Origin: Patescibacteria group bacterium
GTDB lineage: Bacteria; Patescibacteriota; Microgenomatia; UBA8517
DNA length: 42,128 nt
Assembly (NCBI GenBank): GCA_035256745.1
Contig: DATEXQ010000062.1
Coordinates: 1-42,128 of the forward strand
Direction of reading: 5' to 3'
In this document: one piece after another, positions 25,423 through 33,355 of the stretch
Layout: each line of letters opens with the position of its first letter
Position numbering within the stretch: position 1 is the first letter of the stretch
Program-made: the position numbers and the translations under genes
The notes under the pieces: generated by a model
The model's database searches: none
The model's input: the letters and a program-made list of their open reading frames with translations, nothing else
Told to the model about the DNA's origin: nothing

Positions 25423-27378
25423 CTAATTTTTCTGATAGGCTCCAAATTTATTTTTTAACTTTTCCAAAAGTTCATTTCTAACCTTTTCTACTTCCTTGTC
25501 GGTTAAAGTTTTTTGGAGATCTTGATAACTAACACGAAATGTATAAGAGTCCTTATAAATATCTCGAAGAACAACTTCATCGATTATCTTATTTGATGTT
25601 TTTATAGTTTTTATAACCTCTCCTATTTTTGTTTTGGATGGGATAAATAAAGTTATATCTTCTATTTGGGATGGGTATTTAGGGATGGGTTTATAACTTC
25701 CCAGAATTTTACTTGTTGCTCTTAAGATATCAACAGGAAATTCAAAGTAAATAAGATTCTTGGTATTCAGGATTCCAAATTTTCCCAGTTTAATTTTTCC
25801 ATTCGTAATGGTTACACTATGACTTGGTTTAAAATGATTCAAGTCCTCTGGTATATAATCGGCATTAATATTTAAGGAATTTAGTAGTGATTCCATGATT
25901 CCTTTTGCTCTTCGATATGTAAAATCTTTGAAAACTCCGGCAAGAATCATTTTCTCGTCCGGTAATTGATTTTTTTGAGGTAAATATACATTTGCCATTT
26001 CGAATAAACCAAACGGTTCTTTTTCACCCAAATTTTCGTTAACAACAGATATCAGGGATTCTCTTAAATTTGTTCTTAAATATTCAGATTCATTGCCTAA
26101 CGGATTTTTAAGTTTTAAAGCATTACCTTCTGTAAATTCTTTAGGAACCAAAGAAGAAGAATATACCTCTATTAATCCCCAACCTTTAAGCAAGTTTTTG
26201 ACTTTTAATTCAAAATCAAAAGGGGCATCGGGTAATTTATCGGGAAGAAGTCCCGTCATCAGGTTTGAGGGTAATTTATGGTAACCGTATATTCTTGCCA
26301 CCTCTTCAAGAATATCTTCCGGAATTTTAATATCTTTTGCACGCCAACTTGGTACCTTGGCAGCAAAAGAATCTTTTTGCCATGTTAAGTCAAATCCAAG
26401 GGGGTTAAGTATTTGGGTTATTGTCTTAGGAGTAATAATTAACCCCAGTCTTTTATACAAAAATTCCAAATTAACCTTAACCTTATATGGTTTATAAGGA
26501 TTGGAATAAATATCAAGAACATTTTTTTGCGCTTTTCCACCGGTTATTTGTTCGAATAGAGAAATACCTCTTTTTAAAGAAAAACTTACCAATTCCGGAT
26601 CCAGACCTTTTTCAAAATATACCGCAGCTTCGGTTCTTTTTGAAAGGTACATAGATGTTCTTCTTATATTTACAGGGTTATACGTTTGTACAAATAAAAG
26701 TACGTTTTTGGTTTTTTCATCAACAGCGCTTAAATCCCCTCCCATAATTCCAGCCAAGTCAATCAGTTTTGAGCTTGCATCTTCTATAACTATATCCCCG
26801 CCTTTTAAAATGTGGCTTTTTCCATCCAATGTGGTTATTTGTTCACCCCTTTTGCTTTCGCGAAGAATCATCTTTGCTCCTTTTATCTTGTCATAATCGA
26901 AAGTGTGCATCGGCTGTCCCAATTCAATCATTAAATAATTTGAAATATCAACAATATTGTTAAGAGGTCTTATCCCAACCTTTTCAAGTCTTTCCTTCAT
27001 CCATAAAGGGGACTCTTTGATATTTACATTTTTTATTAGAACCGCCGCAAACCTATAACATAATTTATTGTCAATTTTGGTATTCAGATAATCTACATTA
27101 GAGACAAAATGTAAGCCTTTGGGAACTTTTATAGGTAAAAGTGATGCTTTAAGATTAAATCTGGGAAGAATCGCAGATATTTCTCTAGCAACTCCAAGAA
27201 TAGATGCAGAATCTACTCTATTGGTTGTTATTTCTATTGAATAAATAGTATCTTTCCCTTCTTGTGTTGTTTTTTCAACCGAAGGACCCGATAGAGATAG
27301 ATATTTAGCAATATCTTCGGGTTTAGCATTCGTCTTGATAATACTTTTAAGCCAGCTGTCTGGTATCAATATATCCAT
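25423..27378 (-). CDS. pheT: Phenylalanine--tRNA ligase beta subunit (short form lacking the OB/B2 domain)
   Basis: The N-terminus MDILIPDSWLK.. runs directly into ..IEITTNRVD. B3/4 and B5 regions and a C-terminal FDX-ACB-like domain are present. Its start abuts the pheS stop. Confidence 0.9.
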   Translation of the reverse strand: MDILIPDSWLKSIIKTNAKPEDIAKYLSLSGPSVEKTTQEGKDTIYSIEITTNRVDSASILGVAREISAILPRFNLKASLLPIKVPKGLHFVSNVDYLNTKIDNKLCYRFAAVLIKNVNIKESPLWMKERLEKVGIRPLNNIVDISNYLMIELGQPMHTFDYDKIKGAKMILRESKRGEQITTLDGKSHILKGGDIVIEDASSKLIDLAGIMGGDLSAVDEKTKNVLLFVQTYNPVNIRRTSMYLSKRTEAAVYFEKGLDPELVSFSLKRGISLFEQITGGKAQKNVLDIYSNPYKPYKVKVNLEFLYKRLGLIITPKTITQILNPLGFDLTWQKDSFAAKVPSWRAKDIKIPEDILEEVARIYGYHKLPSNLMTGLLPDKLPDAPFDFELKVKNLLKGWGLIEVYSSSLVPKEFTEGNALKLKNPLGNESEYLRTNLRESLISVVNENLGEKEPFGLFEMANVYLPQKNQLPDEKMILAGVFKDFTYRRAKGIMESLLNSLNINADYIPEDLNHFKPSHSVTITNGKIKLGKFGILNTKNLIYFEFPVDILRATSKILGSYKPIPKYPSQIEDITLFIPSKTKIGEVIKTIKTSNKIIDEVVLRDIYKDSYTFRVSYQDLQKTLTDKEVEKVRNELLEKLKNKFGAYQKN

Positions 27379-27379
27379 A

Positions 27380-28405
27380 TTAAAATTGTTTCAAAAACCC
27401 TAAATCAGTACCGTATAAATATCTGATATCCTCGATATTTAGATTCCCCTTCATCATAAATGTACGTTCTACCCCCCAACCAAAAGCAAATCCGGAGTAA
27501 ATATTGGGGTCAATACCGCAATTTTTTAATACTTTGGGATGTACCATTCCGGCACCTCCTAATTCCAACCATCCTTCCTTACAGAGTTTGCAACCTTTTC
27601 CCAAACAAACACCGCACGATACATCTACTTCAAAAGAAGGTTCGGTAAATTGAAAATGATAAGGCCTTAATCTTGTAAGTCTTTTTTCTCCAAAAAAATC
27701 TTTTGCAAAATAATCAAGAGTACCTTTTAAATGAACTATAGAGATATCCTTGTCGACAACCAATCCTTCAAATTGATGAAACATGGGGACATGGGAGATA
27801 TCGGATTGTCTTCTGAAACATCTGGCAATATTTATCATTCGAATAGGAGGTGTTTTAACCCTTTCCATTTCTCTTATTTGACCCGATGAAGTATGAGGAG
27901 TTAAAACCATTTGCCCGTATTTGGGATGTGGGGGTTGATCAACAAAAAAGGTTTCCCACTCGTCTCTTGCTGCGTGTTCTTTGGGCATGTTTAAAGCCTC
28001 GAATGCATACCAATCCCATTCGACTGATGGATATCTTACTCTCACAAATCCCAGTCTCTCGAATGTTTTGGAAATTTCTTCTATTGCCTGAGTAACCAGA
28101 TGAAGATGACCGATGGCAGGAGTTTCACCGGGAATTGTAGGATCAAACCACACTCTGGAGGATTCAGAAAGGGAGTTTTTTTGTTCTGCAATTTGTTGTA
28201 ACAGAGTATTTTTGGTTTCATTAATTAAAATTCCCGCTTGCTTTTTTTCCGAACCAGAAAGATCTTTAATTTGCTTTATAAGGTTTGTTATTTTCCCATT
28301 TCTTCCCAAATAAGCAATTCTTATGTTTTCCAACTCTTCAAAAGATTTACTTACGAATATTTGAGCCATAGCTTCGTTTTTAAGACTTTGTATATTTTCC
28401 TTCAT
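27380..28405 (-). CDS. pheS: Phenylalanine--tRNA ligase alpha subunit
   Basis: Class II motif 2 FRRQSDISHVPMFHQFEG and motif 3 GFAFGWGVERT. Confidence 0.93.
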   Translation of the reverse strand: MKENIQSLKNEAMAQIFVSKSFEELENIRIAYLGRNGKITNLIKQIKDLSGSEKKQAGILINETKNTLLQQIAEQKNSLSESSRVWFDPTIPGETPAIGHLHLVTQAIEEISKTFERLGFVRVRYPSVEWDWYAFEALNMPKEHAARDEWETFFVDQPPHPKYGQMVLTPHTSSGQIREMERVKTPPIRMINIARCFRRQSDISHVPMFHQFEGLVVDKDISIVHLKGTLDYFAKDFFGEKRLTRLRPYHFQFTEPSFEVDVSCGVCLGKGCKLCKEGWLELGGAGMVHPKVLKNCGIDPNIYSGFAFGWGVERTFMMKGNLNIEDIRYLYGTDLGFLKQF

Positions 28406-28421
28406 GTACTTATTTTACATT

Positions 28422-28443
28422 AAAAAACCCCGCTTTTGCGGGG
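28422..28443 (-). terminator. Rho-independent terminator between rplT and pheS
   Basis: On the minus strand: CCCCGC-AAAA-GCGGGG followed by TTTTTT. Confidence 0.8.
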
Positions 28444-28520
28444 CTTAACCATAACTTCGCTTAACCCCGCAACTATTCGAGGTTAAAACTAAACAATTTT
28501 TTTGAATTCATAAAATTCAT
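28438..28520 (-). promoter_or_regulatory. Candidate pheST leader: a 15-codon ORF plus an antiterminator arm competing with the terminator
   Basis: Leader ORF at 28520..28473 encodes MNFMNSKKLFSFNLE-stop. GCGGGGTTAA (28470-28461) can pair with TTAA-G-CCCCGC (28448-28438), and that CCCCGC is also the 5' arm of the terminator. Confidence 0.45.
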
Positions 28521-28527
28521 TTTAAGT

Positions 28528-28869
28528 TTATTTTTTGATACTTTCAACAATTTTTTTAAACGATTCCATATCAGTGATGGCTATATCTGATAATACTTTT
28601 CTGTCGAGTTCTATTTTTGATATCTTTAACATCGAAATAAATTTGGAATAGGAAAAACCACATTCACGAACTGCTGCATTAAGACGAACTATCCAAAGGC
28701 TTCTTAAATCTCTTTTTTTAAGTTTTCTGCCATGATATGCATAAGAACCGGCATGAAGATATGCTTCCTTTGCAGCCTGGATTCTGATTCTTCTTGCTTG
28801 CTTAAAACCCTTTACTTCTTTTAGAATTTTTTTATGTCTTCTGTATGATGTTGATTTAACCCTTGCCAT
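28528..28869 (-). CDS. rplT: 50S ribosomal protein L20
   Basis: MARVKSTSYRRHKKILKEVKGFKQARR.. Confidence 0.95.
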   Translation of the reverse strand: MARVKSTSYRRHKKILKEVKGFKQARRIRIQAAKEAYLHAGSYAYHGRKLKKRDLRSLWIVRLNAAVRECGFSYSKFISMLKISKIELDRKVLSDIAITDMESFKKIVESIKK

Positions 28870-29064
28870 TTAATAACCCATTATCTTTCTAATTTTTTTC
28901 GCAAATATTTTATTTGTTTCAATAGTCTTTCTCAGTCTTCTTCTTCTCTTGGCTGTTTTTTTAGCCATTAAATGTCTGGCAAAAGACTGTCTTCTCAGCA
29001 CTTTTCCTCTTTTGGTAATTCTGAATCTTTTAGTAAGAATCTTTCTTGTTTTTTGTTTTGGCAT
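28870..29064 (-). CDS. rpmI: 50S ribosomal protein L35
   Basis: MPKQKTRKILTKRFRITKRGKV.. Located between infC and rplT. Confidence 0.93.
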   Translation of the reverse strand: MPKQKTRKILTKRFRITKRGKVLRRQSFARHLMAKKTAKRRRRLRKTIETNKIFAKKIRKIMGY

Positions 29065-29069
29065 ATTAT

Positions 29070-29633
29070 TTATTTTTGTTCCTCCACAATCTTTCTTGCT
29101 GTATGGGGAGAAATAACCGTTGTTAAATGTCTTCCTAAAAATTTAGGCTGCATATCGATACTAATGTTATCTCCAAATTCAGCAAAAATGCGCTCAATCA
29201 GTTTATAACCAAAATTCTTGCTTCCCATCTGCCGACCTCCAAATTTAACGACTACACGGATTTTGTCTTTCTCGTCTAGAAACTCATGAATTCTCTCAAT
29301 TTTATTTTTATAATCAGACTCACCTATAAAAGGAGAGAATCTAATTTCTTTTGTATCACCGCCCTTAACCCCCTTTTTCTCTTTTCTGAGTTTCTTTTCC
29401 TCCTGATATCTGAATTTTCCCAATTCAACAATCCTTGTGACAGGAGGATCAGCATTTGGGGCAACTTCAACAAGGTCCAGATTTAAAGTCCTGCTTTTTT
29501 CAATTGCTTCCTGCAATTTCATAATCCCAATAGCTTTTCCATCAGGACCTATTACTCTCACTAAGGGAGCTCTTATTTGATTATTTACTTTCCAGTTAAA
29601 AATTTCGTTTTTCAACTTTTTGTGAACTCTCAA
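29070..29633 (-). CDS. infC: Translation initiation factor IF-3
   Basis: NNQIRAPLVRVIGPDG and a C-terminal domain (KEIRFSPFIGESDY..). The only in-frame start after the upstream TAA is a TTG at 29633. A non-AUG start is typical of infC. Confidence 0.9.
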   Translation of the reverse strand: MRVHKKLKNEIFNWKVNNQIRAPLVRVIGPDGKAIGIMKLQEAIEKSRTLNLDLVEVAPNADPPVTRIVELGKFRYQEEKKLRKEKKGVKGGDTKEIRFSPFIGESDYKNKIERIHEFLDEKDKIRVVVKFGGRQMGSKNFGYKLIERIFAEFGDNISIDMQPKFLGRHLTTVISPHTARKIVEEQK

Positions 29634-29669
29634 ATTTTACTAGAAAATGAGATTTTAGGCAAGAGTTTA

Positions 29670-31424
29670 TTAATTTAAGGTCTTTTCTTCTATTTCCTTT
29701 TTGATATTTGCTATGAATTTATCCAATTTCAATTGTCCGTAGTCTTTCCCTGACCTGCCTCGTACTGATACTATTTTGGCCTTTACTTCTTTGTCGCCTA
29801 CTATAAGCATATAGGAAACTTTTTCCAATTGAGCATCTCTGATTTTCGCACTCAAAGTTTCACTTCTTTCGTCAATTTCAGATCTTATGTTTTCGTCTTT
29901 TAGTTTGTTTAATATTTCATTGGCGTAAAGTATTTGTTTATCGGTAATAGGCAGTACTTTTACTTGGACGGGAGTTAACCAAGTTGGTAAATTTCCGGCA
30001 AAATGTTCCAATAAAACCATAATAAATCTTTCAGGTGAGCCTATTATTGCACGGTGTAACATAATAGGATGTTTTTTTGTACCGTCTTTGTCTGTGTATT
30101 CAAGATCAAACCTCTCTGGCATAACATAATCGATTTGAATGGTAGACAATTGCCACTCACGCCCCAATGCATCGGTTGCCATCAAATCCATTTTGGGAGC
30201 ATAAAAAGCTGCTTCTCCCGGAGCATCGAAATACTCAATCTTGTTTCTTTTCATAATTTTAACCGCCCATTTTTCTACCTTTTCCCAAATTTTCGGATCA
30301 CCAAGGTACTTTTCCGGATGTTTGGGGTCTCTGGTTGATAGTCTATAGCGGTATTTAAATCCGAATGTTTTTAAAATTTCTTTTATCATCGAAAGCATGG
30401 TATCGATTTCGGTATCTATTTGATCTTCCCTACAAAATATATGGCAGTCATCTTGGGAAAAGGACCTTACTCTTGCTAAACCGTTTAATTCTCCGGGTTT
30501 TTCGTCTCTATAAAGCATGGCAAAATCCGTATATCTTAAAGGTAGATCTTTATAGCTTCTTGCTTTACTTGCGTAAATTTGGGTATGTTGAGGACAATTC
30601 ATGGGTTTAAGGTAAAATTCCTCATCGGAATAGTTTGAAATTACTTTAAACATACTATCTTTATATTTTTCATAATGACCGGAAATTCTATATAATTCTG
30701 CCTTTGCAAATTGATTTGTCCAAACCTGTTGATACCCATTTTTGGACTGAATCTCTTCGACATATTCATTTAGAAGTCTTCTAATTAATGCTCCTTTTGG
30801 GGTAAAAAGGGGTAAACCCGGACCGACCAATTCAGAGAAAGTGAAAAGATCAAGAGATTTTCCAAGTTTTTTGTGATCCCTATTTTTAGCTTCAGCAAGC
30901 ATTTTCAGATAATCATCAAGTTCTTTTTGGGAGAAGAAGGATGTACCGTAAATACGGGTCAGCATTTTATTTTTTTCGTCGCCTCTCCAATAGGCACCGG
31001 CAACAGAAAGGAGTTTGAAGGCTGTTATTTTATTGGTAGAAGGTAAATGTGGTCCTGAGCAAAGGTCTACAAATTCATCTCCTGTCCAATAGATACTTAC
31101 CTTTTCTCCGCGCTTCTCTATCTCATCAAGCCATTCCTGCTTAAAGGGATTGTTTTTAAATAATTTTTTGGCCTCGATTATGCCGATTTCATCTTTTTTA
31201 AAGAAAAGGTTTTTTTTAATTATCTTAGACATTTCAGCTTCAATTTTGGGAAAATCCTCCTCAGATATTTTTTCAGAATGATCAAAATCGAAGTAAAATC
31301 CCTCATCGGTTGCAGGACCCATGGCTTTTATGATTCCCGGGTATAATTTTTCCATAGCCTGCGTTAAAACGTGTTCGCTACTGTGTCTTAAAGATTCCAG
31401 GCTTATCTTATTTTTTTCTTGCAT
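29670..31424 (-). CDS. thrS: Threonine--tRNA ligase (lacks the N-terminal TGS domain)
   Basis: Starts at the editing domain (LRHSSEHVL). Class II motif 2 YRDEKPGELNGLARVRSFSQDDCH. C-terminal anticodon-binding domain. Confidence 0.92.
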   Translation of the reverse strand: MQEKNKISLESLRHSSEHVLTQAMEKLYPGIIKAMGPATDEGFYFDFDHSEKISEEDFPKIEAEMSKIIKKNLFFKKDEIGIIEAKKLFKNNPFKQEWLDEIEKRGEKVSIYWTGDEFVDLCSGPHLPSTNKITAFKLLSVAGAYWRGDEKNKMLTRIYGTSFFSQKELDDYLKMLAEAKNRDHKKLGKSLDLFTFSELVGPGLPLFTPKGALIRRLLNEYVEEIQSKNGYQQVWTNQFAKAELYRISGHYEKYKDSMFKVISNYSDEEFYLKPMNCPQHTQIYASKARSYKDLPLRYTDFAMLYRDEKPGELNGLARVRSFSQDDCHIFCREDQIDTEIDTMLSMIKEILKTFGFKYRYRLSTRDPKHPEKYLGDPKIWEKVEKWAVKIMKRNKIEYFDAPGEAAFYAPKMDLMATDALGREWQLSTIQIDYVMPERFDLEYTDKDGTKKHPIMLHRAIIGSPERFIMVLLEHFAGNLPTWLTPVQVKVLPITDKQILYANEILNKLKDENIRSEIDERSETLSAKIRDAQLEKVSYMLIVGDKEVKAKIVSVRGRSGKDYGQLKLDKFIANIKKEIEEKTLN

Positions 31425-31480
31425 ATCTTTATGATACTAAAAAAATAGAATTTTTGCTCGAAGTTTTAATAAATTGGTAA

Positions 31481-32455
31481 TTATTTGAGTCCGTATTTTT
31501 TTTCAACTTGGCCAAAAACCCAGGGATAGTGAATTTTAACTCCGTCCTCAAGAGTAAATTTGGCCCTCCAGCCTGTGGTGTATATTTTAGAATTGCTGAA
31601 ATTTCTAGACTCAACTCCAACAGGTCCTCTTATATGTTTAATTTTAAGTTTTTTACCTGAAACTTTAATAATCGTTTTTGCCAATTCTTCAACTGTTACA
31701 TATTGTGGACTTCCTATATTTGTAGGAGTATTGATTTTTGAATCAACAAGAGCTCTTATTCCGTTAATCAAATCATCAATATAAGTAAAAGACCTGACAG
31801 ATTTACCATTACCCCAAATTTCAATTGATGTTTGGTCTTTGGCCATTGCAACCTTTCTCGAAATTGCATCGGCTGCTTTTTCCCTTCCACCTTCCCAGTT
31901 AGCCTCAGGTCCATAGGTAGTATGAAATCTAGCAATTCTTATGGGCATTTTGTATTTATTTCCGTAAGCTGTAAGCATTCTTTCAGAATAAAGTTTTTCC
32001 CAGGCATATTCGTTATCGGGAAATGCAGGATAAACGTCTTCTTCTTTAATTGATTTTGATCCTATTTTCATATCTTTATAGACACAAACAGAAGAAGAAA
32101 AGAAATATTTGGGTTTTTTTGTAAGTTTTACGGATTCGCTTATCATATAAATGTTAATTAGCGCATTATCCCTCATCATTTTACATTCGCCTGGCTTCAT
32201 ATATCCTGCTCCTCCCCTGTCAGCTGCAAGTTGATAAATAACATCAAATCCTCCATTTACGGTTAGTGCTTTTTTACAATTGTTTTGGTAAGTTAAATCC
32301 AAAAGAAGAAATTCATTAGCGCCAGTTTTGCTGTATTCAGGTTTTTTGATATCAACCCCCCTTAACCAGAAGCCTTCATTTCGAAGTCTTTTTGCCAAAT
32401 GACTTCCTATAAATCCACCTGCTCCGCAAATTAGTGCTTTTTTTTGCTTTTTCAT
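31481..32455 (-). CDS. NAD-dependent epimerase (extended SDR), GDP-mannose 3,5-epimerase-like
   Basis: GAGGFIGSHLAKRL Rossmann motif, YAWEK (YxxxK), and RFHTTYGPEANWEGGREKAADAISRK, which resembles the GME block RFHNIYGP..W.GGREKAPAAFCRK. I use the ATG at 32455 because the track start overlaps tRNA-Ala. Confidence 0.7.
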   Translation of the reverse strand: MKKQKKALICGAGGFIGSHLAKRLRNEGFWLRGVDIKKPEYSKTGANEFLLLDLTYQNNCKKALTVNGGFDVIYQLAADRGGAGYMKPGECKMMRDNALINIYMISESVKLTKKPKYFFSSSVCVYKDMKIGSKSIKEEDVYPAFPDNEYAWEKLYSERMLTAYGNKYKMPIRIARFHTTYGPEANWEGGREKAADAISRKVAMAKDQTSIEIWGNGKSVRSFTYIDDLINGIRALVDSKINTPTNIGSPQYVTVEELAKTIIKVSGKKLKIKHIRGPVGVESRNFSNSKIYTTGWRAKFTLEDGVKIHYPWVFGQVEKKYGLK

Positions 32456-32465
32456 TAATTTTAAG

Positions 32466-32536
32466 TGGACCCGGAGGGAATTGAACCCTCTATTCATCCA
32501 TGCCATGGACGCGTATTACCGGTATACTACGGGCCC
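32466..32536 (-). tRNA. tRNA-Ala (anticodon GGC)
   Basis: Folded by hand into a cloverleaf: acceptor GGGCCCG/CGGGTCC with the G3:U70 Ala identity pair, anticodon loop AUGGCAU, T-loop TTCAATT. No CCA is encoded. Confidence 0.9.
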
Positions 32537-32556
32537 TAGAAATATTTAAAATATAG

Positions 32557-32628
32557 TGGACGACGTTGGGATTGAACCAACGGCCTCTTCGATGTCAACG
32601 AAGCGCTCTACCACTGAGCTAGTCGTCC
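32557..32628 (-). tRNA. tRNA-Val (anticodon GAC)
   Basis: Acceptor GGACGAC/GTCGTCC, D-arm GCTCAGTGGTAGAGC, anticodon loop TTGACAT, T-arm GTTGGTTCAATCCCAAC. Confidence 0.92.
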
Positions 32629-32640
32629 GAAACTTAAAAA

Positions 32641-32646
32641 ATTATA
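32641..32646 (-). promoter_or_regulatory. Candidate -10 box (TATAAT) for the tRNA-Val/tRNA-Ala transcript
   Basis: The minus strand reads ..TTGTATAATTTTTTAAGTTTC-GGACGAC. The hexamer ends 12 nt before the tRNA 5' end. No good -35 element. Confidence 0.35.
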
Positions 32647-32672
32647 CAATAATATGGCTATAAGAAGCTAGT

Positions 32673-33293
32673 TTAACCTGCGTTTCTGGTAAGGTAGTGG
32701 TCGGGAGAAAGAAGAAATTTACCCCCGTGTTTTTTATACCTGGCCCAATAATTTTTCTTTTCGGCTCTTTTGTTTGTAGCTTGAAGCCAGATTGCTCCAT
32801 CTTCAATTTTTTTCCTGAAAGATTTTAAAAATTCCAAAAGTTTTTCAAAAAATATCAAATGATAGACACCGGGTTCAATAGGAGCCTGTAAACTGGCAAT
32901 TTGAAGTTCTTGTCCTAAATCCTGCGTAGTTTCTGCCAAAGTCTGAACTTCCTCCATAATAGCGTGAAGCTGAAGTTTTAATTCATTACTCTTTTTCTCA
33001 AACCTTTCACTTTCTTCAGCCCTTAACTTTCTCTCTAAGGCGAGTTGTTTTTGAACTTTTTGTTTTTCTTCTCTTTGTCCGGAATACACATCATTTATTT
33101 CCAGTGCTTCCCCGGGATTTATTTCACCCGAAAACTTCTCCATTTTGGGAGGACCAAAAAATTGCTCCATAAAATCATTCGGTCTTAGAACATCTGATTT
33201 AAGACCGTTTATTGTTCCTCCCCCGATATCTTTAAGAGATTCTATTACGTTTTGTCTAACTATATTTTTTTGTCTTTTGCTATTTTTGTCCAT
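32673..33293 (-). CDS. Hypothetical coiled-coil protein
   Basis: 206 aa with a central charged heptad-like region (QKQLALERKLRAEESERFEKK..) and a basic C-terminus. I recognise no enzymatic motif. Confidence 0.55.
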   Translation of the reverse strand: MDKNSKRQKNIVRQNVIESLKDIGGGTINGLKSDVLRPNDFMEQFFGPPKMEKFSGEINPGEALEINDVYSGQREEKQKVQKQLALERKLRAEESERFEKKSNELKLQLHAIMEEVQTLAETTQDLGQELQIASLQAPIEPGVYHLIFFEKLLEFLKSFRKKIEDGAIWLQATNKRAEKKNYWARYKKHGGKFLLSPDHYLTRNAG

Positions 33294-33355
33294 AAATTCA
33301 CTTGCAGTTTATCCCAATTTATGTTGGTTTTCAACTAATTCTTGGAGTCAAATAC

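Noticed and set aside
18064-31481. T-box riboswitches upstream of tyrS, trpS, thrS and pheS.
   Set aside because: The upstream gaps are only about 40-120 nt, far shorter than a T-box leader. I saw no AGGGTGGNACCGCG-like T-box sequence. Only the pheS gap has alternative hairpins, and that is reported separately.
31429-31620. A 63-aa minus-strand ORF spanning the thrS-epimerase junction.
   Set aside because: It overlaps the 3' end of the epimerase gene in another frame and has no motifs.
32456-32506. N-terminal extension of the epimerase ORF (MAWMNRGFNSLRVHLKL).
   Set aside because: It overlaps tRNA-Ala (32466..32536). The internal ATG at 32455 sits directly before the Rossmann motif.
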